Translations under genes and position numbers: made by a program | Notes under the pieces: generated by a model | Databases searched by the model: none | What the model saw: only the letters and a program-made list of their open reading frames with translations | What the model was told of the DNA's origin: nothing | Part shown: positions 49,516 through 62,742 of the stretch, in pieces | Numbering within the stretch: position 1 is the first letter of the stretch | How the letters are laid out: the number at the start of each line of letters is the position of its first letter | Origin: the human T2T-CHM13v2.0 reference genome, Homo sapiens | Assembly (NCBI RefSeq): GCF_009914755.1 | Contig: NC_060942.1 | Length of the DNA stretch: 64,000 bases | Reading direction: 5' to 3' (one strand)

Positions 49516-52500
49516 CAGAAGCATTCTCAGAAACTAGTTTCTGATGTGTGTCCTCAACTAACACAGTTGAACATTTCTTTAGACAGAACAGTTTTGAAAC
49601 ACTCTTTTTGTGGAATCTGCAAGTGGCTATTTGGCTAGATTTGAGGATTTCGTTGGAAACGGGATTACATATAAAAAGCAGACAGCAGCATTCTCAGAAA
49701 GTTCTTTGTGATGATTGCATTCAAGTCACAGAATTGAACATTCCCTTTCACAGAGCAGGTTTGAAACACTCTTTTTGTAGTGTGTGTAAGTGGACATTTG
49801 GAGCACTTTCCGGCCTAAGGTGAAAAAGGAAATATCTTCCCATAAAAACTAGACAGAAGCATTCTCAGAAACTTACTCGTGATGTGTGTCCTCAACTAAA
49901 GGAGTAGAACCTTTCTTTTCATAGAGAAGTTTTGAAACGCTCTTTTTGTGGAATCTGCAAGTGGATATTTGGCTAGTTTTGAGGATTTCGTTGGAAGCGG
50001 GAATTCATACAAATTGCAGACTGCAGCGTTCTGAGAAACATCTTTGTGATGTTTGTATTCAGGACACAGAGTTGAACATTCCCTATCATAGAGCAGGTTT
50101 GAATCACTCCTTTTGTAGTATCTGGAAGTGGACATTTGGAGCGCTTTCAGGCCTATGTTGGAAAAGGAAATATCTTCCCATAACAACTAGACAGAAGCAT
50201 TCTCAGAAACTTATTTGAGATGTGTGTACTCAACTTAGAGAATTGAACCACCGTTTTGAAGGAGCAGTTTTGAAACACTCTTTTTCTGGAATCTGCAAGT
50301 GGATATTTGGCTAGCTTTGGGGATTTCGCTGGAAGCGGGAATACATATAAAAAGCACACAGCAGCGTTCTGAGAAACTGCTTTCTGATGTTTGCATTCAA
50401 GTCAAAAGTTGAACACTCCCTTTCATAGAGCAGTCCTGAAACACTCCTTTTGTAGTATCTGGAACTGGACTTTTGGAGCGCTTTCAGGGCTAAGGTGAAA
50501 AAGGAAATATCTTCCCATAAAAACTGGACAGAAGCATTCTCAGAAACTTGTTTATGCTGTATCTACTCAACTAACAAAGTTGAACCTTTCTTTTGATAGA
50601 GCAGTTTTGAAATGCTCTTTTTGTGGAATCTGCAAGTGGATATTTGGCTAGTTTTGAGGATTTCGTTGGAAGCGGGAATTCATACAAATTGCAGACTGCA
50701 GCGTTCTGAGAAACATCTTTGTGATGTTTGTATTCAGGACAGAGAGTTGAACATTCCCTATCATAGAGCAGGTTGGAATCACTCCTTTTGTAGTATCTGG
50801 AAGTGGACATTTGGAGCGCTTTCAGGCCTATGTTGAAAAAGGAAATATCTTCCCATAACAACTAGACACAAGCATTCTCAGAAACTTGTTTGTGATGTGT
50901 GCCCTCTACTGACAGAGTTGAACCTTTCTTTTCATAGAGCAGTTTTGAAACACTCTTTTTGTAGAATCTGCAAGAGGATATTTGCATAGCTTTGAGGATT
51001 TCGTGGGAAACGGGATTGTCTTCAGGTAAAATCTAGACAGAAGCATTCTCAGAAACTTCTTTGGGATGTTTGCATTCAAGTCACAGAGTAGAACATTCCC
51101 TTTGGTAGAGCAGGTTTGAAACACTCTTTTTGTAGTATCTGGAAGTGGACATTTGGAGCGCTTTCAGGCCTATGTTGGAAAAGGAAATATCTTCCCATAA
51201 CAACTAGACAGAAGCATTCTCAGAAACTTATTTGAGATGTGTGTACTCAACTAAGAGAATTGAACCACCGTTTTGAAGGAGCAGTTTTGAAACACTCTTT
51301 TTCTGGAATCTGCAAGTGGATATTTGGCTAGCTTTGGGGATTTCGCTGGAAGCGGGAATACATATAAAAAGCACACAGCAGCGTTCTGAGAAACTGCTTT
51401 CTGATGTTTGCATTCAAGTCAAAAGTTGAACACTCCCTTTCATAGAGCAGTCCTGAAACACTCCTTTTGTAGTATCTGGAACTGGACTTTTGGAGCGCTT
51501 TCAGGGCTAAGGTGAAAAAGGAAATATCTTCCCATAAAAACTGGACAGAAGCATTCTCAGAAACTTGTTTATGCTGTATCTACTCAACTAACAAAGTTGA
51601 ACCTTTCTTTTGATAGAGCAGTTTTGAAATGCTCTTTTTGTGGAATCTGCAAGTGGATATTTGGCTAGTTTTGAGGATTTCGTTGGAAGCGGGAATTCAT
51701 ACAAATTGCAGACTGCAGCGTTCTGAGAAACATCTTTGTGATGTTTGTATTCAGGACAGAGAGTTGAACATTCCCTATCATAGAGCAGGTTAGAATCACT
51801 CCTTTTGTAGTATCTGGAAGTGGACATTTGGAGCGCTTTCAGGCCTATGTTGAAAAAGGAAATATCTTCCCATGACAACTAGACACAAGCATTCTCAGAA
51901 ACTTGTTTGTGATGTGTGCCCTCTACTGACAGAGTTGAACCTTTCTTTTCATAGAGCAGTTTTGAAACACTCTTTTTGTAGAATCTGCAAGAGGATATTT
52001 GCATAGCTTTGAGGATTTCGTGGGAAACGGGATTGTCTTCAGGTAAAATCTAGACAGAAGCATTCTCAGAAACTTCTTTGGGATGTTTGCATTCAAGTCA
52101 CAGAGCAGAACATTCCCTTTGGTAGAGCAGGTTTGAAACACTCTTTTTGTAGTATCTGGAAGTGGACATTTGGAGCGCTTTCAGGCCTATGTTGGAAAGG
52201 GAAATATCTTCCCGTAACAACTAGGCAGAAGCATTCTCAGAAACTTATTTGAGATGTGTGTACTCAACTAAGAGAATTGAACCACCGTTTTGAAGGAGCA
52301 GTTTTGAAACACTCTTTTTCTGGAATCTGCAAGAGGATATTTGCCTAGCCTTGAGGATTTCGTTGGAAACGGGATTGTCTTCAGATCAAATCTAGACAGA
52401 AGCATTCTCAGAAACTTCTTTGGGATGTTTGCATTCAAGTCACAGAGTAGAACATTCCCTTTGGTAGAGCAGGTTTGAAACACTCTTTTTTTAGTATATG

Positions 52501-52567
52501 GAAGTGGACATTTGGAGCGCTTTCAGGCCTACGTTGGAAAAGGAAATATCTTCCCATAACAACTAGA
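49516..52567 (+). repeat. Variant 18-mer HOR (A-I, hybrid J/D, E-L; 2035+1017 bp)
   Basis: The period jumps to 3052 bp (ORF starts 49548 to 52600). The monomer at 51038-51208 starts as J and ends with the D-type AAGGAAATATCTTCCCATAACAACTAGA, and E follows instead of K. EcoRI sites at 50001, 50676, 51693, 53053. Confidence 0.95.
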
Positions 52568-55500
52568 CAGAAGCATTCTCAGAAACTAGTTTCTGATGTG
52601 TGTCCTCAACTAACACAGTTGAACATTTCTTTAGACAGAACAGTTTTGAAACACTCTTTTTGTGGAATCTGCAAGTGGCTATTTGGCTAGATTTGAGGAT
52701 TTCGTTGGAAACGGGATTACATATAAAAAGCAGACAGCAGCATTCTCAGAAAGTTCTTTGTGATGATTGCATTCAAGTCACAGAATTGAACATTCCCTTT
52801 CACAGAGCAGGTTTGAAACACTCTTTTTGTAGTGTGTGTAAGTGGACATTTGGAGCACTTTCCGGCCTAAGGTGAAAAAGGAAATATCTTCCCATAAAAA
52901 CTAGACAGAAGCATTCTCAGAAACTTACTCGTGATGTGTGTCCTCAACTAAAGGAGTAGAACCTTTCTTTTCATAGAGAAGTTTTGAAACGCTCTTTTTG
53001 TGGAATCTGCAAGTGGATATTTGGCTAGTTTTGAGGATTTCGTTGGAAGCGGGAATTCATACAAATTGCAGACTGCAGCGTTCTGAGAAACATCTTTGTG
53101 ATGTTTGTATTCAGGACACAGAGTTGAACATTCCCTATCATAGAGCAGGTTTGAATCACTCCTTTTGTAGTATCTGGAAGTGGACATTTGGAGCGCTTTC
53201 AGGCCTATGTTGGAAAAGGAAATATCTTCCCATAACAACTAGACAGAAGCATTCTCAGAAACTTATTTGAGATGTGTGTACTCAACTTAGAGAATTGAAC
53301 CACCGTTTTGAAGGAGCAGTTTTGAAACACTCTTTTTCTGGAATCTGCAAGTGGATATTTGGCTAGCTTTGGGGATTTCGCTGGAAGCGGGAATACATAT
53401 AAAAAGCACACAGCAGCGTTCTGAGAAACTGCTTTCTGATGTTTGCATTCAAGTCAAAAGTTGAACACTCCCTTTCATAGAGCAGTCCTGAAACACTCCT
53501 TTTGTAGTATCTGGAACTGGACTTTTGGAGCGCTTTCAGGGCTAAGGTGAAAAAGGAAATATCTTCCCATAAAAACTGGACAGAAGCATTCTCAGAAACT
53601 TGTTTATGCTGTATCTACTCAACTAACAAAGTTGAACCTTTCTTTTGATAGAGCAGTTTTGAAATGCTCTTTTTGTGGAATCTGCAAGTGGATATTTGGC
53701 TAGTTTTGAGGATTTCGTTGGAAGCGGGAATTCATACAAATTGCAGACTGCAGCGTTCTGAGAAACATCTTTGTGATGTTTGTATTCAGGACAGAGAGTT
53801 GAACATTCCCTATCATAGAGCAGGTTGGAATCACTCCTTTTGTAGTATCTGGAAGTGGACATTTGGAGCGCTTTCAGGCCTATGTTGAAAAAGGAAATAT
53901 CTTCCCATAACAACTAGACACAAGCATTCTCAGAAACTTGTTTGTGATGTGTGCCCTCTACTGACAGAGTTGAACCTTTCTTTTCATAGAGCAGTTTTGA
54001 AACACTCTTTTTGTAGAATCTGCAAGAGGATATTTGCATAGCTTTGAGGATTTCGTGGGAAACGGGATTGTCTTCAGGTAAAATCTAGACAGAAGCATTC
54101 TCAGAAACTTCTTTGGGATGTTTGCATTCAAGTCACAGAGCAGAACATTCCCTTTGGTAGAGCAGGTTTGAAACACTCTTTTTGTAGTATCTGGAAGTGG
54201 ACATTTGGAGCGCTTTCAGGCCTATGTTGGAAAGGGAAATATCTTCCCGTAACAACTAGGCAGAAGCATTCTCAGAAACTTATTTGAGATGTGTGTACTC
54301 AACTAAGAGAATTGAACCACCGTTTTGAAGGAGCAGTTTTGAAACACTCTTTTTCTGGAATCTGCAAGAGGATATTTGCCTAGCCTTGAGGATTTCGTTG
54401 GAAACGGGATTGTCTTCAGATCAAATCTAGACAGAAGCATTCTCAGAAACTTCTTTGGGATGTTTGCATTCAAGTCACAGAGTAGAACATTCCCTTTGGT
54501 AGAGCAGGTTTGAAACACTCTTTTTTTAGTATATGGAAGTGGACATTTGGAGCGCTTTCAGGCCTACGTTGGAAAAGGAAATATCTTCCCATAACAACTA
54601 GACAGAAGCATTCTCAGAAACTAGTTTCTGATGTGTGTCCTCAACTAACACAGTTGAACATTTCTTTAGACAGAACAGTTTTGAAACACTCTTTTTGTGG
54701 AATCTGCAAGTGGCTATTTGGCTAGATTTGAGGATTTCGTTGGAAACGGGATTACATATAAAAAGCAGACAGCAGCATTCTCAGAAAGTTCTTTGTGATG
54801 ATTGCATTCAAGTCACAGAATTGAACATTCCCTTTCACAGAGCAGGTTTGAAACACTCTTTTTGTAGTGTGTGTAAGTGGACATTTGGAGCACTTTCCGG
54901 CCTAAGGTGAAAAAGGAAATATCTTCCCATAAAAACTAGACAGAAGCATTCTCAGAAACTTACTCGTGATGTGTGTCCTCAACTAAAGGAGTAGAACCTT
55001 TGTTTTCATAGAGAAGTTTTGAAACGCTCTTTTTGTGGAATCTGCAAGTGGATATTTGGCTAGTTTTGAGGATTTCGTTGGAAGCGGGAATTCATACAAA
55101 TTGCAGACTGCAGCGTTCTGAGAAACATCTTTGTGATGTTTGTATTCAGGACACAGAGTTGAACATTCCCTATCATAGAGCAGGTTTGAATCACTCCTTT
55201 TGTAGTATCTGGAAGTGGACATTTGGAGCGCTTTCAGGCCTATGTTGGAAAAGGAAATATCTTCCCATAACAACTAGACAGAAGCATTCTCAGAAACTTA
55301 TTTGAGATGTGTGTACTCAACTTAGAGAATTGAACCACCGTTTTGAAGGAGCAGTTTTGAAACACTCTTTTTCTGGAATCTGCAAGTGGATATTTGGCTA
55401 GCTTTGGGGATTTCGCTGGAAGCGGGAATACATATAAAAAGCACACAGCAGCGTTCTGAGAAACTGCTTTCTGATGTTTGCATTCAAGTCAAAAGTTGAA

Positions 55501-58500
55501 CACTCCCTTTCATAGAGCAGTCCTGAAACACTCCTTTTGTAGTATCTGGAACTGGACTTTTGGAGCGCTTTCAGGGCTAAGGTGAAAAAGGAAATATCTT
55601 CCCATAAAAACTGGACAGAAGCATTCTCAGAAACTTGTTTATGCTGTATCTACTCAACTAACAAAGTTGAACCTTTCTTTTGATAGAGCAGTTTTGAAAT
55701 GCTCTTTTTGTGGAATCTGCAAGTGGATATTTGGCTAGTTTTGAGGATTTCGTTGGAAGCGGGAATTCATACAAATTGCAGACTGCAGCGTTCTGAGAAA
55801 CATCTTTGTGATGTTTGTATTCAGGACAGAGAGTTGAACATTCCCTATCATAGAGCAGGTTGGAATCACTCCTTTTGTAGTATCTGGAAGTGGACATTTG
55901 GAGCGCTTTCAGGCCTATGTTGAAAAAGGAAATATCTTCCCATAACAACTAGACACAAGCATTCTCAGAAACTTGTTTGTGATGTGTGCCCTCTACTGAC
56001 AGAGTTGAACCTTTCTTTTCATAGAGCAGTTTTGAAACACTCTTTTTGTAGAATCTGCAAGAGGATATTTGCATAGCTTTGAGGATTTCGTGGGAAACGG
56101 GATTGTCTTCAGGTAAAATCTAGACAGAAGCATTCTCAGAAACTTCTTTGGGATGTTTGCATTCAAGTCACAGAGCAGAACATTCCCTTTGGTAGAGCAG
56201 GTTTGAAACACTCTTTTTGTAGTATCTGGAAGTGGACATTTGGAGCGCTTTCAGGCCTATGTTGGAAAGGGAAATATCTTCCCGTAACAACTAGGCAGAA
56301 GCATTCTCAGAAACTTATTTGAGATGTGTGTACTCAACTAAGAGAATTGAACCACCGTTTTGAAGGAGCAGTTTTGAAACACTCTTTTTCTGGAATCTGC
56401 AAGAGGATATTTGCCTAGCCTTGAGGATTTCGTTGGAAACGGGATTGTCTTCAGATCAAATCTAGACAGAAGCATTCTCAGAAACTTCTTTGGGATGTTT
56501 GCATTCAAGTCACAGAGTAGAACATTCCCTTTGGTAGAGCAGGTTTGAAACACTCTTTTTTTAGTATATGGAAGTGGACATTTGGAGCGCTTTCAGGCCT
56601 ACGTTGGAAAAGGAAATATCTTCCCATAACAACTAGACAGAAGCATTCTCAGAAACTAGTTTCTGATGTGTGTCCTCAACTAACACAGTTGAACATTTCT
56701 TTAGACAGAACAGTTTTGAAACACTCTTTTTGTGGAATCTGCAAGTGGCTATTTGGCTAGATTTGAGGATTTCGTTGGAAACGGGATTACATATAAAAAG
56801 CAGACAGCAGCATTCTCAGAAAGTTCTTTGTGATGATTGCATTCAAGTCACAGAATTGAACATTCCCTTTCACAGAGCAGGTTTGAAACACTCTTTTTGT
56901 AGTGAGTGTAAGTGGACATTTGGAGCACTTTCCGGCCTAAGGTGAAAAAGGAAATATCTTCCCATAAAAACTAGACAGAAGCATTCTCAGAAACTTACTC
57001 GTGATGTGTGTCCTCAACTAAAGGAGTAGAACCTTTCTTTTCATAGAGAAGTTTTGAAACGCTCTTTTTGTGGAATCTGCAAGTGGATATTTGGCTAGTT
57101 TTGAGGATTTCGTTGGAAGCGGGAATTCATACAAATTGCAGACTGCAGCGTTCTGAGAAACATCTTTTTGATGTTTGTATTCAGGACACAGAGTTGAACA
57201 TTCCCTATCATAGAGCAGGTTTGAATCACTCCTTTTGTAGTATCTGGAAGTGGACATTTGGAGCGCTTTCAGGCCTATGTTGGAAAAGGAAATATCTTCC
57301 CATAACAACTAGACAGAAGCATTCTCAGAAACTTATTTGAGATGTGTGTACTCAACTAAGAGAATTGAACCACCGTTTTGAAGGAGCAGTTTTGAAACAC
57401 TCTTTTTCTGGAATCTGCAAGTGGATATTTGGCTAGCTTTGGGGATTTCGCTGGAAGCGGGAATACATATAAAAAGCACACAGCAGCGTTCTGAGAAACT
57501 GCTTTCTGATGTTTGCATTCAAGTCAAAAGTTGAACACTCCCTTTCATAGAGCAGTCCTGAAACACTCCTTTTGTAGTATCTGGAACTGGACTTTTGGAG
57601 CGCTTTCAGGGCTAAGGTGAAAAAGGAAATATCTTCCCATAAAAACTGGACAGAAGCATTCTCAGAAACTTGTTTATGCTGTATCTACTCAACTAACAAA
57701 GTTGAACCTTTCTTTTGATAGAGCAGTTTTGAAATGCTCTTTTTGTGGAATCTGCAAGTGGATATTTGGCTAGTTTTGAGGATTTCGTTGGAAGCGGGAA
57801 TTCATACAAATTGCAGACTGCAGCGTTCTGAGAAACATCTTTGTGATGTTTGTATTCAGGACAGAGAGTTGAACATTCCCTATCATAGAGCAGGTTGGAA
57901 TCACTCCTTTTGTAGTATCTGGAAGTGGACATTTGGAGCGCTTTCTGGCCTATGTTGAAAAAGGAAATATCTTCCCATAACAACTAGACACAAGCATTCT
58001 CAGAAACTTGTTTGTGATGTGTGCCCTCTACTGACAGAGTTGAACCTTTCTTTTCATAGAGCAGTTTTGAAACACTCTTTTTGTAGAATCTGCAAGAGGA
58101 TATTTGCATAGCTTTGAGGATTTCGTGGGAAACGGGATTGTCTTCAGGTAAAATCTAGACAGAAGCATTCTCAGAAACTTCTTTGGGATGTTTGCATTCA
58201 AGTCACAGAGCAGAACATTCCCTTTGGTAGAGCAGGTTTGAAACACTCTTTTTGTAGTATCTGGAAGTGGACATTTGGAGCGCTTTCAGGCCTATGTTGG
58301 AAAGGGAAATATCTTCCCGTAACAACTAGGCAGAAGCATTCTCAGAAACTTATTTGAGATGTGTGTACTCAACTAAGAGAATTGAACCACCGTTTTGAAG
58401 GAGCAGTTTTGAAACACTCTTTTTCTGGAATCTGCAAGAGGATATTTGCCTAGCCTTGAGGATTTCGTTGGAAACGGGATTGTCTTCAGATCAAATCTAG

Positions 58501-61500
58501 ACAGAAGCATTCTCAGAAACTTCTTTGGGATGTTTGCATTCAAGTCACAGAGTAGAACATTCCCTTTGGTAGAGCAGGTTTGAAACACTCTTTTTTTAGT
58601 ATATGGAAGTGGAAATTTGGAGCGCTTTCAGGCCTACGTTGGAAAAGGAAATATCTTCCCATAACAACTAGACAGAAGCATTCTCAGAAACTAGTTTCTG
58701 ATGTGTGTCCTCAACTAACACAGTTGAACATTTCTTTAGACAGAACAGTTTTGAAACACTCTTTTTGTGGAATCTGCAAGTGGCTATTTGGCTAGATTTG
58801 AGGATTTCGTTGGAAACGGGATTACATATAAAAAGCAGACAGCAGCATTCTCAGAAAGTTCTTTGTGATGATTGCATTCAAGTCACAGAATTGAACATTC
58901 CCTTTCACAGAGCAGGTTTGAAACACTCTTTTTGTAGTGTGTGTAAGTGGACATTTGGAGCACTTTCCGGCCTAAGGTGAAAAAGGAAATATCTTCCCAT
59001 AAAAACTAGACAGAAGCATTCTCAGAAACTTACTCGTGATGTGTGTCCTCAACTAAAGGAGTAGAACCTTTCTTTTCATAGAGAAGTTTTGAAACGCTCT
59101 TTTTGTGGAATCTGCAAGTGGATATTTGGCTAGTTTTGAGGATTTCGTTGGAAGCGGGAATTCATACAAATTGCAGACTGCAGCGTTCTGAGAAACATCT
59201 TTGTGATGTTTGTATTCAGGACACAGAGTTGAACATTCCCTATCATAGAGCAGGTTTGAATCACTCCTTTTGTAGTATCTGGAAGTGGACATTTGGAGCG
59301 CTTTCAGGCCTATGTTGGAAAAGGAAATATCTTCCCATAACAACTAGACAGAAGCATTCTCAGAAACTTATTTGAGATGTGTGTACTCAACTAAGAGAAT
59401 TGAACCACCGTTTTGAAGGAGCAGTTTTGAAACACTCTTTTTCTGGAATCTGCAAGTGGATATTTGGCTAGCTTTGGGGATTTCGCTGGAAGCGGGAATA
59501 CATATAAAAAGCACACAGCAGCGTTCTGAGAAACTGCTTTCTGATGTTTGCATTCAAGTCAAAAGTTGAACACTCCCTTTCATAGAGCAGTCCTGAAACA
59601 CTCCTTTTGTAGTATCTGGAACTGGACTTTTGGAGCGCTTTCAGGGCTAAGGTGAAAAAGGAAATATCTTCCCATAAAAACTGGACAGAAGCATTCTCAG
59701 AAACTTGTTTATGCTGTATCTACTCAACTAACAAAGTTGAACCTTTCTTTTGATAGAGCAGTTTTGAAATGCTCTTTTTGTGGAATCTGCAAGTGGATAT
59801 TTGGCTAGTTTTGAGGATTTCGTTGGAAGCGGGAATTCATACAAATTGCAGACTGCAGCGTTCTGAGAAACATCTTTGTGATGTTTGTATTCAGGACAGA
59901 GAGTTGAACATTCCCTATCATAGAGCAGGTTGGAATCACTCCTTTTGTAGTATCTGGAAGTGGACATTTGGAGCGCTTTCAGGCCTATGTTGAAAAAGGA
60001 AATATCTTCCCATAACAACTAGACACAAGCATTCTCAGAAACTTGTTTGTGATGTGTGCCCTCTACTGACAGAGTTGAACCTTTCTTTTCATAGAGCAGT
60101 TTTGAAACACTCTTTTTGTAGAATCTGCAAGAGGATATTTGCATAGCTTTGAGGATTTCGTGGGAAACGGGATTGTCTTCAGGTAAAATCTAGACAGAAG
60201 CATTCTCAGAAACTTCTTTGGGATGTTTGCATTCAAGTCACAGAGCAGAACATTCCCTTTGGTAGAGCAGGTTTGAAACACTCTTTTTGTAGTATCTGGA
60301 AGTGGACATTTGGAGCGCTTTCAGGCCTATGTTGGAAAGGGAAATATCTTCCCGTAACAACTAGGCAGAAGCATTCTCAGAAACTTATTTAAGATGTGTG
60401 TACTCAACTAAGAGAATTGAACCACCGTTTTGAAGGAGCAGTTTTGAAACACTCTTTTTCTGGAATCTGCAAGAGGATATTTGCCTAGCCTTGAGGATTT
60501 CGTTGGAAACGGGATTGTCTTCAGATCAAATCTAGACAGAAGCATTCTCAGAAACTTCTTTGGGATGTTTGCATTCAAGTCACAGAGTAGAACATTCCCT
60601 TTGGTAGAGCAGGTTTGAAACACTCTTTTTTTAGTATATGGAAGTGGACATTTGGAGCGCTTTCAGGCCTACGTTGGAAAAGGAAATATCTTCCCATAAC
60701 AACTAGACAGAAGCATTCTCAGAAACTAGTTTCTGATGTGTGTCCTCAACTAACACAGTTGAACATTTCTTTAGACAGAACAGTTTTGAAACACTCTTTT
60801 TGTGGAATCTGCAAGTGGCTATTTGGCTAGATTTGAGGATTTCGTTGGAAACGGGATTACATATAAAAAGCAGACAGCAGCATTCTCAGAAAGTTCTTTG
60901 TGATGATTGCATTCAAGTCACAGAATTGAACATTCCCTTTCACAGAGCAGGTTTGAAACACTCTTTTTGTAGTGTGTGTAAGTGGACATTTGGAGCACTT
61001 TCCGGCCTAAGGTGAAAAAGGAAATATCTTCCCATAAAAACTAGACAGAAGCATTCTCAGAAACTTACTCGTGATGTGTGTCCTCAACTAAAGGAGTAGA
61101 ACCTTTCTTTTCATAGAGAAGTTTTGAAACCCTCTTTTTGTGGAATCTGCAAGTGGATATTTGGCTAGTTTTGAGGATTTCGTTGGAAGCGGGAATTCAT
61201 ACAAATTGCAGACTGCAGCGTTCTGAGAAACATCTTTGTGATGTTTGTATTCAGGACACAGAGTTGAACATTCCCTATCATAGAGCAGGTTTGAATCACT
61301 CCTTTTGTAGTATCTGGAAGTGGACATTTGGAGCGCTTTCAGGCCTATGTTGGAAAAGGAAATATCTTCCCATAACAACTAGACAGAAGCATTCTCAGAA
61401 ACTTATTTGAGATGTGTGTACTCAACTAAGAGAATTGAACCACCGTTTTGAAGGAGCAGTTTTGAAACACTCTTTTTCTGGAATCTGCAAGTGGATATTT

Positions 61501-62742
61501 GGCTAGCTTTGGGGATTTCGCTGGAAGCGGGAATACATATAAAAAGCACACAGCAGCGTTCTGAGAAACTGCTTTCTGATGTTTGCATTCAAGTCAAAAG
61601 TTGAACACTCCCTTTCATAGAGCAGTCCTGAAACACTCCTTTTGTAGTATCTGGAACTGGACTTTTGGAGCGCTTTCAGGGCTAAGGTGAAAAAGGAAAT
61701 ATCTTCCCATAAAAACTGGACAGAAGCATTCTCAGAAACTTGTTTATGCTGTATCTACTCAACTAACAAAGTTGAACCTTTCTTTTGATAGAGCAGTTTT
61801 GAAATGCTCTTTTTGTGGAATCTGCAAGTGGATATTTGGCTAGTTTTGAGGATTTCGTTGGAAGCGGGAATTCATACAAATTGCAGACTGCAGCGTTCTG
61901 AGAAACATCTTTGTGATGTTTGTATTCAGGACAGAGAGTTGAACATTCCCTATCATAGAGCAGGTTGGAATCACTCCTTTTGTAGTATCTGGAAGTGGAC
62001 ATTTGGAGCGCTTTCAGGCCTATGTTGAAAAAGGAAATATCTTCCCATAACAACTAGACACAAGCATTCTCAGAAACTTGTTTGTGATGTGTGCCCTCTA
62101 CTGACAGAGTTGAACCTTTCTTTTCATAGAGCAGTTTTGAAACACTCTTTTTGTAGAATCTGCAAGAGGATATTTGCATAGCTTTGAGGATTTCGTGGGA
62201 AACGGGATTGTCTTCAGGTAAAATCTAGACAGAAGCATTCTCAGAAACTTCTTTGGGATGTTTGCATTCAAGTCACAGAGTAGAACATTCCCTTTGGTAG
62301 AGCAGGTTTGAAACACTCTTTTTATAGTATCTGGAAGTGGACATTTGGAGCGCTTTCAGGCCTATGTTGGAAAGGGAAATATCTTCCCGTAACAACTAGG
62401 CAGAAGCATTCTCAGAAACTTATTTGAGATGTGTGTACTCAACTAAGAGAATTGAACCACCGTTTTGAAGGAGCAGTTTTGAAACACTCTTTTTCTGGAA
62501 TCTGCAAGAGGATATTTGCCTAGCTTTGAGGATTTCGTTGGAAACGGGATTGTCTTCAGATCAAATCTAGACAGAAGCATTCTCAGAAACTTCTTTGGGA
62601 TGTTTGCATTCAAGTCACAGAGTAGAACATTCCCTTTGGTAGAGCAGGTTTGAAACACTCTTTTTTTAGTATATGGAAGTGGACATTTGGAGCGCTTTCA
62701 GGCCTACGTTGGAAAAGGAAATATCTTCCCATAACAATTAGA
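52568..62742 (+). repeat. 5 canonical 12-mer HORs (starts 52568, 54603, 56638, 58673, 60708)
   Basis: The 2035-bp period resumes. Confidence 0.97.
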
